Shown here in pieces: positions 14,126-23,483 of a DNA stretch of 25,881 nucleotides (position 1 is its first letter; each line of letters begins with the position of its first letter). The DNA lies in IMG/VR virus record IMGVR_UViG_3300047279_000049, positions 1-25,881 of that record. One strand, 5' to 3'. The notes below the pieces were generated by a model. The model ran no database searches. It was not told where the DNA came from and worked only from the letters and a program-made list of their open reading frames with translations. This DNA is from a virus (Duplodnaviria > Caudoviricetes). The translations under genes and the position numbers were made by a program.

Positions 14126-17100
14126 TAAAATACTCTCTTGGTAATCATGTCTACTTCCAAGTAGTGATAACCTCTTGTATCTACCTTAATGTCAACAGAG
14201 TTGCCATCCAAAAATACATCAGTGTAATTGATATAACTGTCCATCCACTCGCCTGCGGCAATGTTTGCTGGAATACCATTGTTGATACGAATGTTGGCTT
14301 CGCCATACTCATTTGTGCGTACATTGTGAATAGGAACCATCATGCTACCTTGACCATTTGAGATACGCATGTTGAGTCCAGCACCAGCAAAGAAAGCAGG
14401 ATCGTTTTCAGTCTTGTTCTGTGGCAAGCCATCTGCTTGAATAACTCTTGTGCCAGCAGTTAGCGCAGTTCTGACAAAGAAGTGATTGCTGGTTTGTGCG
14501 CTCTTGCTTTGCATACTCACTGTCATAGCAATGTTGTTGTTGCGTGGGAACCAGAACTTAAATGGTTTGTAAGCACCACCTGCCGCATGAATTACTGCAA
14601 TAAACGGTTGGATTTCGGCTGATGTCATTGGCGGATATGTCAACTTGTATCTGTATTGGCTTACATCACGAGTGCGTGTGTAGCGATTCATGTTGACAGT
14701 TTCCAACACCTGTGTTGGCTGTTCAATAGTCCATGTCATGCTGGTAGGCTGAACAGTTTGTGGCCAATCACGATATGGTTGACCCACTGTGCCTTGTGTC
14801 CAAGGTACACCATTGTAATCCAATGGATTTTCTGTGAAAGTGCCAGTGTCGCCTTGAACTTTAATACCCAAGATCATTGGACTTCCAAACTTGAAGCGTC
14901 CTGGACGATTCAAATCATAATACATAGGTGAACCTTGTGTTACACCATATATTGAACTGTCAACGCCTACACGACCTGTGTTACCAGCATCACTTGAACC
15001 TGCTTTGATAGGGCGCAAGTGTCCGTAGTAAACACCTGCATTTGAGTTGCTATATTCAGCAACACTTAGACCTGGCCAGTTGTTATTGTTACCTACATAA
15101 TCATAAATCACATTGCTTTCATAATGTGTAGGATAGAAAGTTGTGCTTACTTGTGCGTTAACTGGTGTTGTGCCAGCATCATAGTTGTTGTAGTAATAAG
15201 TCAACAGTCCAATATTGCGACCAATGATCTTGTCTAATCTCCAAGCGCCATCTTGTTGATACTGTGCAACAACCATGCTGCCTGGTGTGCTGGTAGCACC
15301 TGTGGTACCAATTGCTGGAGTTGTGTAAGGTACAGTTAGTCCAGAATCAACATACAAATCAAATACTGTATCACTGGTTACATTGATATAAAATGCAGGA
15401 TAAACTTTGGTGTTGCTAAAGTTCAGTTCATTTAGAACTGAACTGTTGCCAGTATCAATCCAAGCCATGTAATGACTAATAGCATTCATGCGATAGCAAC
15501 CAGTTGTTGAGCGTTCTGCAATAAAACCACCAGTGCCTGACACAACACCTGTGTTGCTTAGAATATATTTCTCAGTTAGCTCTTGGTCCTTGTACAAAGT
15601 AATGCCAGTGTAGCCTGATGTGTCTGGGAAGAACATAGGCTGAATGTAACCACCACCTGGGCTAGTATAAGTTATTACAATGTTTGTGGCCAGTGTATTA
15701 CCTGTAGCACCTGAAGTGATTGCTGTGACAGCAGTAGAACCATCATTGGGGTTCCATTTGGTTGTTAGTGTTGGCTCTGAGTATAACTCTACTGTAGTTG
15801 AGTCAACAACTTTGGCAAAGTAAATGTTGGCCAAGAATGTGTTGGCTCCAACAGCATATTCAACACCAACTGCTGCCAATGGTGTCCATTGTGTAGTCAT
15901 TGCCGCATCAGTAAACAACTGAACTTTTCTATTGCCAGCGCCACCTACACGCTTGACATACAGGCCGTTTTGTGGTACTGTGACTTGTGTGCTTTGAATA
16001 GTGATTGTTGTGCCTTGACCACCTGAAGCAGATGTACTAATGTAAATTCTTGAACCATCTAAGATGTTATCGCTTGTGTCTGCTAACAACCAATAGTTGC
16101 CAGCATTGTTTACACCAAGATAGTAGTAAGCATCAATTTCTTGTCCGCCAAAATCAGCAGTAACACTTCTCATGCGGAAGTCTTGACCATTTAACAAGTT
16201 ATGTGGTCTAGTAAATGTTGCTGTCCATGTGCTTGAAGTATATTCAACTGCGTCAAGATCAAGATTGCTGGTTGTACCTGGAATCCATAAGCTATCGTTT
16301 AAAACTGTTGGACTTGTGTGTAAGCTAAAACTTGTGTTGTCTAATTTCTTAAAGTACAAGGGATAATTGTAACTGTCAATGCCTGACCATGTGGAACCAG
16401 TAAAGTTATTGAAGTTGGTCAACATACCATCTTGGATGCCATCTTTGATAGCGGCACTGGTACTCCATGCTCCATTGCTGGTGTTGACACTGACAATAGT
16501 GTCCTTTTGGAATACGCTTACACTTGTATCAGTGCTGCCTGTTGAATCAAACAAGATAGGCATGCCATCTAAGGTTTGCATCGTAACACCAGTTACATAA
16601 TAATCACCTGTGCCTGTTTGACTAAAATTCATTGAACCGTTGTAGTAGCCAGTTGAAATTCTATCAGTACAAGCATAGTTTCTATGCAATTCGAATGTGG
16701 TAGCACTTAATACTTTAATGTATCGGTCACGCTGGAAAGCCCAATACTTGTCTTCTGTGTCATAACCTGTGATACCTATTTCAACATTGGTTGGAACAAA
16801 CTTTTGTCCGTTAACAAAATAATGGTTAGCACTTGTAGTGTAGTAGCTGGAAGCTGGTGCTGTTGTGCTTGAAGTTCCTGGTTGTGTTAACTTGGTAATA
16901 GTTTTCTCAACATGCGTTTCTGCCATTGGACTTGGTGCTGTGGCGCCTTGAGTAGCACTCAACAACTGTCCATCATACAAGCCATGTTTGGTAGCAGTAG
17001 TAACACGATAAGCACCACCTGTACCTGTATCATCAATTGAGTTGATATCACCAGCACCATGTAAACGCATTGTGGCTTCTACCCAAGGATTCTTAATAAA

Positions 17101-17583
17101 ACTGGTGCGGTTTGGTAGCACATACTCACCTGTATCGAGTCTTGTGATAACTTCTGTTTCATCTAAACGCAAGCGTTCACCGTAACGAGCATCATATTTG
17201 AATATGGCTTGTAAAAAGTTGTCACGCACATTGGCATCGCTTTGTCCGCTTTGCTTGTTGTTGGTGTTGAATGGGCTTAGGTTGGGCTTGCTACTATAAA
17301 ACTCTGTAATGCTGGCACTGAGTCTTGTACGCATGCCATCAATGTAGGCAGCATCTGCCGAAGTAAAGCCACCACTGACTGTGGTGCTGATTGTTGAGGT
17401 AACGCCTGACAAGTCAGTGCCTTGTATGCGAGCCAGTGCATCAGCACTTAGTACACCATCTAAACCTGGATTGGTTGAGGTGCTTCCGTTAGTGTACATA
17501 GATGTCAGTAGTAAACTACCTTCACCATATGTGTTGCGGATTGCTAGTGCTTCCGCTTCTGTTCTATAACTTGATGGTATCAT
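14125..17583 (-). CDS. Distal tail protein (Dit) with ~940-aa N-terminal repeat extension
   Basis: The C-terminal ~210 aa (WP...YKLTYPPMT..E...F.......G....F.F..P) is Dit-like and the gene directly follows the TMP. The N-terminal region has H..(D/N)GQ and Y..V...TF.L repeats. Confidence 0.75.
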   Translation of the reverse strand: MIPSSYRTEAEALAIRNTYGEGSLLLTSMYTNGSTSTNPGLDGVLSADALARIQGTDLSGVTSTISTTVSGGFTSADAAYIDGMRTRLSASITEFYSSKPNLSPFNTNNKQSGQSDANVRDNFLQAIFKYDARYGERLRLDETEVITRLDTGEYVLPNRTSFIKNPWVEATMRLHGAGDINSIDDTGTGGAYRVTTATKHGLYDGQLLSATQGATAPSPMAETHVEKTITKLTQPGTSSTTAPASSYYTTSANHYFVNGQKFVPTNVEIGITGYDTEDKYWAFQRDRYIKVLSATTFELHRNYACTDRISTGYYNGSMNFSQTGTGDYYVTGVTMQTLDGMPILFDSTGSTDTSVSVFQKDTIVSVNTSNGAWSTSAAIKDGIQDGMLTNFNNFTGSTWSGIDSYNYPLYFKKLDNTSFSLHTSPTVLNDSLWIPGTTSNLDLDAVEYTSSTWTATFTRPHNLLNGQDFRMRSVTADFGGQEIDAYYYLGVNNAGNYWLLADTSDNILDGSRIYISTSASGGQGTTITIQSTQVTVPQNGLYVKRVGGAGNRKVQLFTDAAMTTQWTPLAAVGVEYAVGANTFLANIYFAKVVDSTTVELYSEPTLTTKWNPNDGSTAVTAITSGATGNTLATNIVITYTSPGGGYIQPMFFPDTSGYTGITLYKDQELTEKYILSNTGVVSGTGGFIAERSTTGCYRMNAISHYMAWIDTGNSSVLNELNFSNTKVYPAFYINVTSDTVFDLYVDSGLTVPYTTPAIGTTGATSTPGSMVVAQYQQDGAWRLDKIIGRNIGLLTYYYNNYDAGTTPVNAQVSTTFYPTHYESNVIYDYVGNNNNWPGLSVAEYSNSNAGVYYGHLRPIKAGSSDAGNTGRVGVDSSIYGVTQGSPMYYDLNRPGRFKFGSPMILGIKVQGDTGTFTENPLDYNGVPWTQGTVGQPYRDWPQTVQPTSMTWTIEQPTQVLETVNMNRYTRTRDVSQYRYKLTYPPMTSAEIQPFIAVIHAAGGAYKPFKFWFPRNNNIAMTVSMQSKSAQTSNHFFVRTALTAGTRVIQADGLPQNKTENDPAFFAGAGLNMRISNGQGSMMVPIHNVRTNEYGEANIRINNGIPANIAAGEWMDSYINYTDVFLDGNSVDIKVDTRGYHYLEVDMITKRVF

Positions 17584-17601
17584 TTATTGTCCTTAGTCCT
17601 C

Positions 17602-17607
17602 TATTTA
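17602..17607 (-). promoter_or_regulatory. TAAATA box overlapping the TMP stop codon
   Basis: About 19 nt upstream of the 17583 start. Confidence 0.4.
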
Positions 17608-20600
17608 ATCTAAGGGGCCACGACGGCCTCTCTTGTTATATGCTTCGCCAATCATGTTAACGATAGCAGGTTTGTTCTGTAATAAGAACTGTGTGCCAGT
17701 CATGGTGTCAATAGCGTTTAGGTTGAAGTTGACTACAAGTGCGTCATTGCTACCGCCCATTTGGTCATTAGGTATAACTGTGCCACCTGTGTCAGGAACA
17801 AACAATTCTGGACCACGCTCACCTACCAAGCTGACTTCACCAACTGGAGGACGACCACCATCAGCAAAGCCAAGGAAGGAACCAATGCTACCAACTATGT
17901 CACCAAACATACTGCTACCACCGCCGCTACCAAACATGCCACCAAGACCACCCATGCTAGATCCAATTGAGCCAATGCCATCTTTGATCCAACTAAACAC
18001 GCTATTAAAGATATTACCCAAGCTATCACCCATACCTGAGAAGATATCAGTAATACCACTTGCGGCACCACTCATACTGTCCATCATCTTTGAGCCTGCT
18101 GACTTCATGTAGTCCACCATGGTATCACCTGTGGCTCCCATACCTTCTGTCATGATCTTGCCCATCTTACCATCACCTTTGGCACCAATCAATTCATTGG
18201 CAATGCCTGTTAGTGCTTCAGCAAGTGGATCAGCAAGTTGTTGCTTGATCATACGGTTGGCAATGTCACTTAGGATGTTGCCAAAGAAGTCTTTGAATGC
18301 TTCTAAAGGATTACGGGCTTCCATAAAGGCCTTTGTAAAGTCTTGAGAGAATGTAGTTGCCGCACCTTTGATTGATTTCTTGATAAACTCATTGTTTTCA
18401 ATCAGTCTATCTTTGAATGTGCCATACACACCAATTGTGCGTTCAATTTCTTCTGTGTCACCACCCAAATTTCCAGCCGCAACACGATATGCTTTGGCCG
18501 CTACAGTACCTGCTCTAAATTCAGCATTGAGTTTTTCTAATGCTGTTAATCTTGTGGCCGCAATGTCAACATCACGCTGTGCTGTTCCAAGGGCTTGACT
18601 CAACACTTGATCTGAATTTAACAAGGCCGCATCTAAGTTGCCAAGTTCTTTTGTGTACTCTGCTAATGTAATCTTACCTGCGGCAAATGCGGCTGATAAG
18701 AAACCTAGTGTTTGTTTTTGTGTATCTAAACTGATACGACTCTGTTCAATGTTTATTTTAAACAAGGCTTGTTGTGTGCTTACGCTGTCAAGTCTTGCGG
18801 CATTTTCAGTTAAGGCATTGTTAGCGGCTTGTACTTCATTGTTGAATATCTTGTTTAGGATATTACTTTGAGTTAGTGCTGAACCACGCTTGTCTAGGCT
18901 CAGTGCTTCTTTGTCTAGCTCTACAGCAAATTCACGAACAACTGTTAATACATCTTTGTACAGTTCTGTAGCAATAGCAAGTTCTTGTTCTTGTGCGTTT
19001 AGGCTGGCAACTAATTCCTTGCTGGCTTGTTTGGCCGCCATGCCCAAATTAGGTAACACATCACGACCAATGGTTTCGTAATTGCCTTTTAGTGCTTCCC
19101 AAACTTGATTGTAGCGTACAACATCACCAGAGGCCAATGCTTTGGCCAAGGCTGGTTCTAGCACACGAATAGCATTGTTGGCATCAAAGATTTTCTTGTT
19201 TAATTCACCCAGCGCATCTAATACTGTGCTTAGTGGCTTGTTTGGTGCTGTGTCGGCACCTGCGGCAGAGTTGATAACTTGACTAGAAATACTACCTGGT
19301 TGTCCCAACACTCTTGGATCTTGTGTGCCATCCATACGCTTGCCATCACCACCACCTGTAATAGGCTTGGGTGCGTTTACTACACTTGGAGGAGGTGCCA
19401 TGCCCAATGAATTACCAATGTCATTTAAGAACTTGGCTACTCTAGGGAAGTTGTTGGTCACTAGTTTTTCTAATCCAGCGGCCATTGTGTCGATTGGACT
19501 AATGTTAAATGCCTTTTGGAATCCAAATTCAATAGCAACCAAAGCACCTGTTAACAAAGCAATTGGACTTGTTACCAACGCAACAATACCAGCACCAATT
19601 GCTGTTAATATACCTGGGAAGCCACCTAATGTAGCAAACAACACACCCATGCGTGTGGCAAATGCTGTGATAGGACCTACTGCGGCTGCTGTGCTAACTG
19701 CGGCAATACCACCACTTGCGGCCGCGGCCGCTGTGCCAATACCAAACAAACTACGAATAAAGGCCGCAATAGGACCTCTGTTGTTTGTAATAGCACTGGA
19801 TAAGTTTAGTAAGGCTGAGCCTAATCGCACAATCAATAGTGTAACAACTGCGTCTTTGATTAGACCAAAGTTGTCAGCAAGTAGTTTAAGTGCGTCTGCG
19901 CCAATTGTAACAGCACGACCTAAGTCAGCACCAAAACTCTTAATAAAGTCTTTGTTGGCATCAATGGCCTTGGTTGCTTTTTCAGCAATGTCAATTAAGG
20001 CATCTCTAAGTCCACCATCAAGCAAAGCCGCTGTGGCTTCAATAATTTTATTCTTTAATTCACCAAACGCACCACCAAGACTTTTTGCGCTTTCTTGTGC
20101 GGCACCTTTGAGTTGTGTGTTGCCAATGTTTTCAATTGCTTGAACTGCTTCTTTACTTGAACTAACAATCTGAACAGTTTGTCCTGCGTATTTGATTGCG
20201 AACTTGCCTGTGCTTTGTCCATACGCATTTAGCACTTCATCGATCTTGATCAAGTCACCTGTTGCTCGCTCAAGTGCTTTTAATTTCTCAGCGTCACCTA
20301 CATTACCCAGTGCGTCAGCAACATCATTAATGCTGGCTCCACTTACTTTGGCAATGTTAGTGATTGCGGTCAGTCTAGCTTCTGTTGGTGCTAGACCATT
20401 ATTTCTTAGCGTTACAAACGCATTGCTCATGTCATAGACATCAGCACCTAAACTGCTGGCTAGGCCACTTAGGTCTTTGAATAAGGCTTTGGCATCAGTA
20501 CCTGCTGGGGTAATGAACTTTAGTCGCTTTTCAATTGCTTCAATTGCTGTGCCTGTTTCATAAAGTTGTTTTACTACTTGTCCGCTGACCATAGCGGCAA

Positions 20601-20715
20601 GAACAGTCTGCGCTCTACTTGCGGCACTTTGAATGCCTTTGAGCCCAGACTCAATGTTTTTCATTGAACCTTTTGTTTGGTCTACCAGCTTGACGATTAC
20701 ATCAAAACTTGCCAT
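17605..20715 (-). CDS. Tail tape measure protein
   Basis: 1036 aa, Ala-rich and helical, with a central hydrophobic segment and C-terminal FADGGRPPVG..SLVGERGPELFVP. Follows the chaperones. Confidence 0.95.
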   Translation of the reverse strand: MASFDVIVKLVDQTKGSMKNIESGLKGIQSAASRAQTVLAAMVSGQVVKQLYETGTAIEAIEKRLKFITPAGTDAKALFKDLSGLASSLGADVYDMSNAFVTLRNNGLAPTEARLTAITNIAKVSGASINDVADALGNVGDAEKLKALERATGDLIKIDEVLNAYGQSTGKFAIKYAGQTVQIVSSSKEAVQAIENIGNTQLKGAAQESAKSLGGAFGELKNKIIEATAALLDGGLRDALIDIAEKATKAIDANKDFIKSFGADLGRAVTIGADALKLLADNFGLIKDAVVTLLIVRLGSALLNLSSAITNNRGPIAAFIRSLFGIGTAAAAASGGIAAVSTAAAVGPITAFATRMGVLFATLGGFPGILTAIGAGIVALVTSPIALLTGALVAIEFGFQKAFNISPIDTMAAGLEKLVTNNFPRVAKFLNDIGNSLGMAPPPSVVNAPKPITGGGDGKRMDGTQDPRVLGQPGSISSQVINSAAGADTAPNKPLSTVLDALGELNKKIFDANNAIRVLEPALAKALASGDVVRYNQVWEALKGNYETIGRDVLPNLGMAAKQASKELVASLNAQEQELAIATELYKDVLTVVREFAVELDKEALSLDKRGSALTQSNILNKIFNNEVQAANNALTENAARLDSVSTQQALFKINIEQSRISLDTQKQTLGFLSAAFAAGKITLAEYTKELGNLDAALLNSDQVLSQALGTAQRDVDIAATRLTALEKLNAEFRAGTVAAKAYRVAAGNLGGDTEEIERTIGVYGTFKDRLIENNEFIKKSIKGAATTFSQDFTKAFMEARNPLEAFKDFFGNILSDIANRMIKQQLADPLAEALTGIANELIGAKGDGKMGKIMTEGMGATGDTMVDYMKSAGSKMMDSMSGAASGITDIFSGMGDSLGNIFNSVFSWIKDGIGSIGSSMGGLGGMFGSGGGSSMFGDIVGSIGSFLGFADGGRPPVGEVSLVGERGPELFVPDTGGTVIPNDQMGGSNDALVVNFNLNAIDTMTGTQFLLQNKPAIVNMIGEAYNKRGRRGPLD

Positions 20716-20736
20716 ATTGAGGATTCTCCTTTAGCT

Positions 20737-20742
20737 TATTTA
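20737..20742 (-). promoter_or_regulatory. TAAATA box (CTAAATA)
   Basis: About 22 nt upstream of the TMP start, immediately after a terminator hairpin. Confidence 0.6.
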
Positions 20743-20760
20743 GTTTGGCTCTAAACAAGT

Positions 20761-20783
20761 GAAAAGGGACGCTGGGTCCCTTA
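20761..20783 (-). terminator. Terminator-like hairpin overlapping the gpGT stop
   Basis: Minus strand reads TAAGGGAC-CCAGC-GTCCCTTTTC. Confidence 0.65.
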
Positions 20784-20963
20784 TCTTTTTCTAGCCCTGG
20801 CCTTCTCTGCGTCAGCCTTTTCTTTTTCTGCTTTCCACTGAAACCATTCACTCCAGGCTCGTATTTCTACTGTACTGAAGTCTAATACTGTTGCGATACC
20901 GCACTTCAGTTCATGTGCTAGATAAAACAAAAACTGAAGTTCTGTATCGCTTTTTAGTTTCCC
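20781..20963 (-). CDS. Tail assembly chaperone -1 frameshift extension (gpT-like)
   Basis: Slippery G GGA AAC (20963-20957) just before the TAA. The -1 frame reads LKSDTELQFLFYLAHELKCGIATVLDFSTVEIRAWSEWFQWKAEKEKADAEKARARKR*. Confidence 0.85.
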   Translation of the reverse strand, partial: GKLKSDTELQFLFYLAHELKCGIATVLDFSTVEIRAWSEWFQWKAEKEKADAEKARARKR

Positions 20964-21304
20964 AGGCCTTGCTCGACTGTGCGCTGTGTGTCTGGATCAT
21001 TCATCTCAGCCATCACACGCATGATGATACTTGGGTCAACAAAACGCATTAGTTCTGGTTTGTCTACTTTGTTAAACAGTGGATTGCCATCTGCGTCAAG
21101 GCTACGCATGATAAGTGATTCTACGAGAGCCTCAACTGTCTTACCAGCTTGTGTCAATTCAACAATCTTTGATTCTTGTTGGAATGTAGTTGCTGGTTTG
21201 TAATAAATCTTTGTTTCCCATTCAGGTACTTCAATTGGTCCTTTTAGACCGCCTGCTAGGATTTCTTTAAAGTGCGCTTTGGCACTATCTAATACTTTAC
21301 TCAT
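20954..21304 (-). CDS. Tail assembly chaperone (gpG-like)
   Basis: Located between tail tube genes and TMP; IEVPEW motif; ends ...LGN* on the slippery heptamer. Confidence 0.9.
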   Translation of the reverse strand: MSKVLDSAKAHFKEILAGGLKGPIEVPEWETKIYYKPATTFQQESKIVELTQAGKTVEALVESLIMRSLDADGNPLFNKVDKPELMRFVDPSIIMRVMAEMNDPDTQRTVEQGLGN

Positions 21305-21594
21305 TATCGTTTCCTTGTGATTTTATCAATTGCAGGTTGGATGAATCCATTGGGTGCCTGCTTACTGTGACCATCTTCTAATGGCTGTATGTAAGGTAGT
21401 GAACTGGTCGTTACCGTTACATTGTAGTTATCCTCATCAACCTTGGGTGGTTTTGTCCAACTACGAGAAGCTGTACCAGTTCTTCGTGGGGTTGTCCTCA
21501 CAATTTCCTGGTACAGATCTGTTGCTAAGCCAGAGAGATCCTTTGAAACTTCTTTACGAAGTTCTTTAATGGTTCCTTTGGCTGTTGTTGCCAT
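21304..21594 (-). CDS. HK97 gp10-like tail/neck component
   Basis: TPRRTGTASRSW...PYIQPLEDGHSKQAPNGFIQPAI. Confidence 0.85.
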   Translation of the reverse strand: MATTAKGTIKELRKEVSKDLSGLATDLYQEIVRTTPRRTGTASRSWTKPPKVDEDNYNVTVTTSSLPYIQPLEDGHSKQAPNGFIQPAIDKITRKR

Positions 21595-21595
21595 A

Positions 21596-22066
21596 TTATG
21601 CTAATGCGCTGCCTTCATACGATAATGCGCCTTTGCCAGTAACGCTGAAACTTAATTCAACCATACCGTCATAACTTGCATTATAGGTTAGACTATTAAT
21701 AATCGCTGTGCCTGAGTAGTATTCAGTAGGGCTTCCACCACTAGTAGAACTGTCAGGGAACAGGGCAATCTTAATGGTGCGTCCAACAACTAAGTCGTCA
21801 ACACCAGGTGCCCCTTCATCCCAAAGTCCTGAAAAACTACCACTCCATGATCTGGACATAGTAAAAGTCTCTGTCCAGTCATCAAAGTTACCCATGCTTG
21901 CGGTATCAACAGTCAAAAGGTTAGCACTTTGATCAATGCTCCATGAGCGTAGGTTACCAAGGCTGTCGCTAGGTGATGAACCTGTGCCTGCGGCACTTGG
22001 TACAGTATCTATTGCGCCACCAATGGTAAGTCTAAGTGATCCATTGCGTCCTGATTTGACTGCCAT
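21596..22066 (-). CDS. Tail tube protein, paralog 2
   Basis: GRNG...LRSWSI...RSWSGSFSGLWD...YSGTAIINSL...DGMVELSFSVTGKGAL. Confidence 0.85.
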   Translation of the reverse strand: MAVKSGRNGSLRLTIGGAIDTVPSAAGTGSSPSDSLGNLRSWSIDQSANLLTVDTASMGNFDDWTETFTMSRSWSGSFSGLWDEGAPGVDDLVVGRTIKIALFPDSSTSGGSPTEYYSGTAIINSLTYNASYDGMVELSFSVTGKGALSYEGSALA

Positions 22067-22081
22067 AGTAGTAGTCTCCTA

Positions 22082-22531
22082 TTAAGACGCTGTACTATAT
22101 GACAGAGCTGATTTACCTTCAAAAGTAACTGAACACTCAATCAAGCCGTCAAAGCTGGCACTACGAGTTAAACTTGTGATTAAACCTGTACCGCTGATCG
22201 CGACATCAGTAGAAGTGTTGTTACCTTCAGGGTAAATTGCTACAACTGCGTTGTTACCAGCCTTGAACTGGGCATCTGCTGTTGTAGTATCTGTAGCATC
22301 ATAAATGAAGTCTACAGTGATTGTCCAAGTTTTAAAACTTGGTACTGTGTTGCGGAAGATGAATCCGCTTGCTGAACCATCCATTACAGTTGTGTCTAGT
22401 GTTTCAACTGTATCGTCCAGGCTCCAAGAACGCATTTGACCTACGATTGTGGCGCTTCCATAAGAAGTGCCTAAGTCTGCGCTTGGTAACTGAACTGTAA
22501 CTTGACCGTTACGGCCTGCTGTTGCTGCCAT
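22082..22531 (-). CDS. Tail tube protein, paralog 1
   Basis: GRNG...MRSWSL...KTWTITVDFIYD...ISGTGLITSL...DGLIECSVTFEGKSAL. Strong AAAGGAAT SD like that of the capsid gene. Confidence 0.85.
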   Translation of the reverse strand: MAATAGRNGQVTVQLPSADLGTSYGSATIVGQMRSWSLDDTVETLDTTVMDGSASGFIFRNTVPSFKTWTITVDFIYDATDTTTADAQFKAGNNAVVAIYPEGNNTSTDVAISGTGLITSLTRSASFDGLIECSVTFEGKSALSYSTAS

Positions 22532-22543
22532 GATATTATTCCT

Positions 22544-22984
22544 TTAAACTTGACCTTTTGTGTACAAGTATCTGATTTGAAAAGTCATACCCATCGCGAA
22601 GTATGGTGCGGTTTCTGTGTTATTGGTAACAACAGAAACCAATTGTGTATCTAATGCGTAGCCTCCACGAGTTGGATCTGCGTCCAGCAATTCTTCAATT
22701 TGTTCAATCAAATCATTGCGTAGCGTATCTACTCGTGAATTAGAATTGGTCCACACAGAGATATTTACATCCATGAAACTTTCTCGAGTTTGAGACAAGC
22801 CACCTTGCGTGATGCTTGTTCGTTCCTCGTTACCGCTTTCAATTACCACTGCTGGGAAAGCAGTTTGCGCCAAGTCTTGAAGTTCAATACCAGGATCTCT
22901 AGTTACTGTTCCAAAACGGGCTCTTTGTTGATTTTTTAATGTATCAACAATGTTCTGTGTAATCAATTCACGCTTGCTACTCAT
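22544..22984 (-). CDS. Tail terminator / completion protein
   Basis: MSSKRE.I...FPAV.I...D..RGGYA.DT; directly upstream of the tail tube genes. Confidence 0.75.
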   Translation of the reverse strand: MSSKRELITQNIVDTLKNQQRARFGTVTRDPGIELQDLAQTAFPAVVIESGNEERTSITQGGLSQTRESFMDVNISVWTNSNSRVDTLRNDLIEQIEELLDADPTRGGYALDTQLVSVVTNNTETAPYFAMGMTFQIRYLYTKGQV

Positions 22985-23430
22985 TATCTATACAACCTAT
23001 CTTGTGCGATTGCGAATTTCTCGCCTGTTTCTACTGTGCCGTCATTGTCTAAATCATATTCTACGCCTGCGCCAAACTGTAAATTCATTTCTTCTTCAAA
23101 GCGACTTTGAAAGAAAGCAAGTTGTTCACGGAATGAGTCACCCTCGGGCCTAAAGGTAGAGAGTTTGCTTAGAATATAAACAGCCAACGCACGATAGCAT
23201 GTAGCACGAGTCCACTGTGAATCTGTTAGCTTGGTCGCATCGTAAGTTGGTAAACCAACTACACTACTACGCGAACGAACTGTACCAAATTCTACATTAA
23301 ACCAGCGAGTCTTGACAATAGTCTCAACATCGCCTTGTGCCATTGCTAGTTCAGCAGTCCAGTCCGCTACACCATGGTCCATGGCAGTGGGAAAGTACTT
23401 TACTAAATCATTATTTGTTGCAAAAGGCAT
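22984..23430 (-). CDS. Head-tail adaptor/connector protein
   Basis: MPFAT..DL N-terminus, directly after the major capsid gene, C-terminal YDLDNDG.V...EK. Confidence 0.75.
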   Translation of the reverse strand: MPFATNNDLVKYFPTAMDHGVADWTAELAMAQGDVETIVKTRWFNVEFGTVRSRSSVVGLPTYDATKLTDSQWTRATCYRALAVYILSKLSTFRPEGDSFREQLAFFQSRFEEEMNLQFGAGVEYDLDNDGTVETGEKFAIAQDRLYR

Positions 23431-23446
23431 ATTATTATTTCCTTGT

Positions 23447-23473
23447 GACAGGGCTAGTCATCTAGCCCCGGTC
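23447..23473 (-). terminator. Hairpin after major capsid gene (attenuator or mRNA stabiliser)
   Basis: GGGCTAG-4nt-CTAGCCC stem without a U-tract, after a TAA TAG TGA triple stop. Confidence 0.55.
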
Positions 23474-23483
23474 TATTTCACTA

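Noticed and set aside
19325-20143. 272-aa plus-strand ORF, along with 17633..18112, 3392..3898 and the other plus-strand ORFs in the track
   Set aside because: They are antisense shadows of well-supported minus-strand genes, with no recognisable motifs and compositions that mirror the sense codons.
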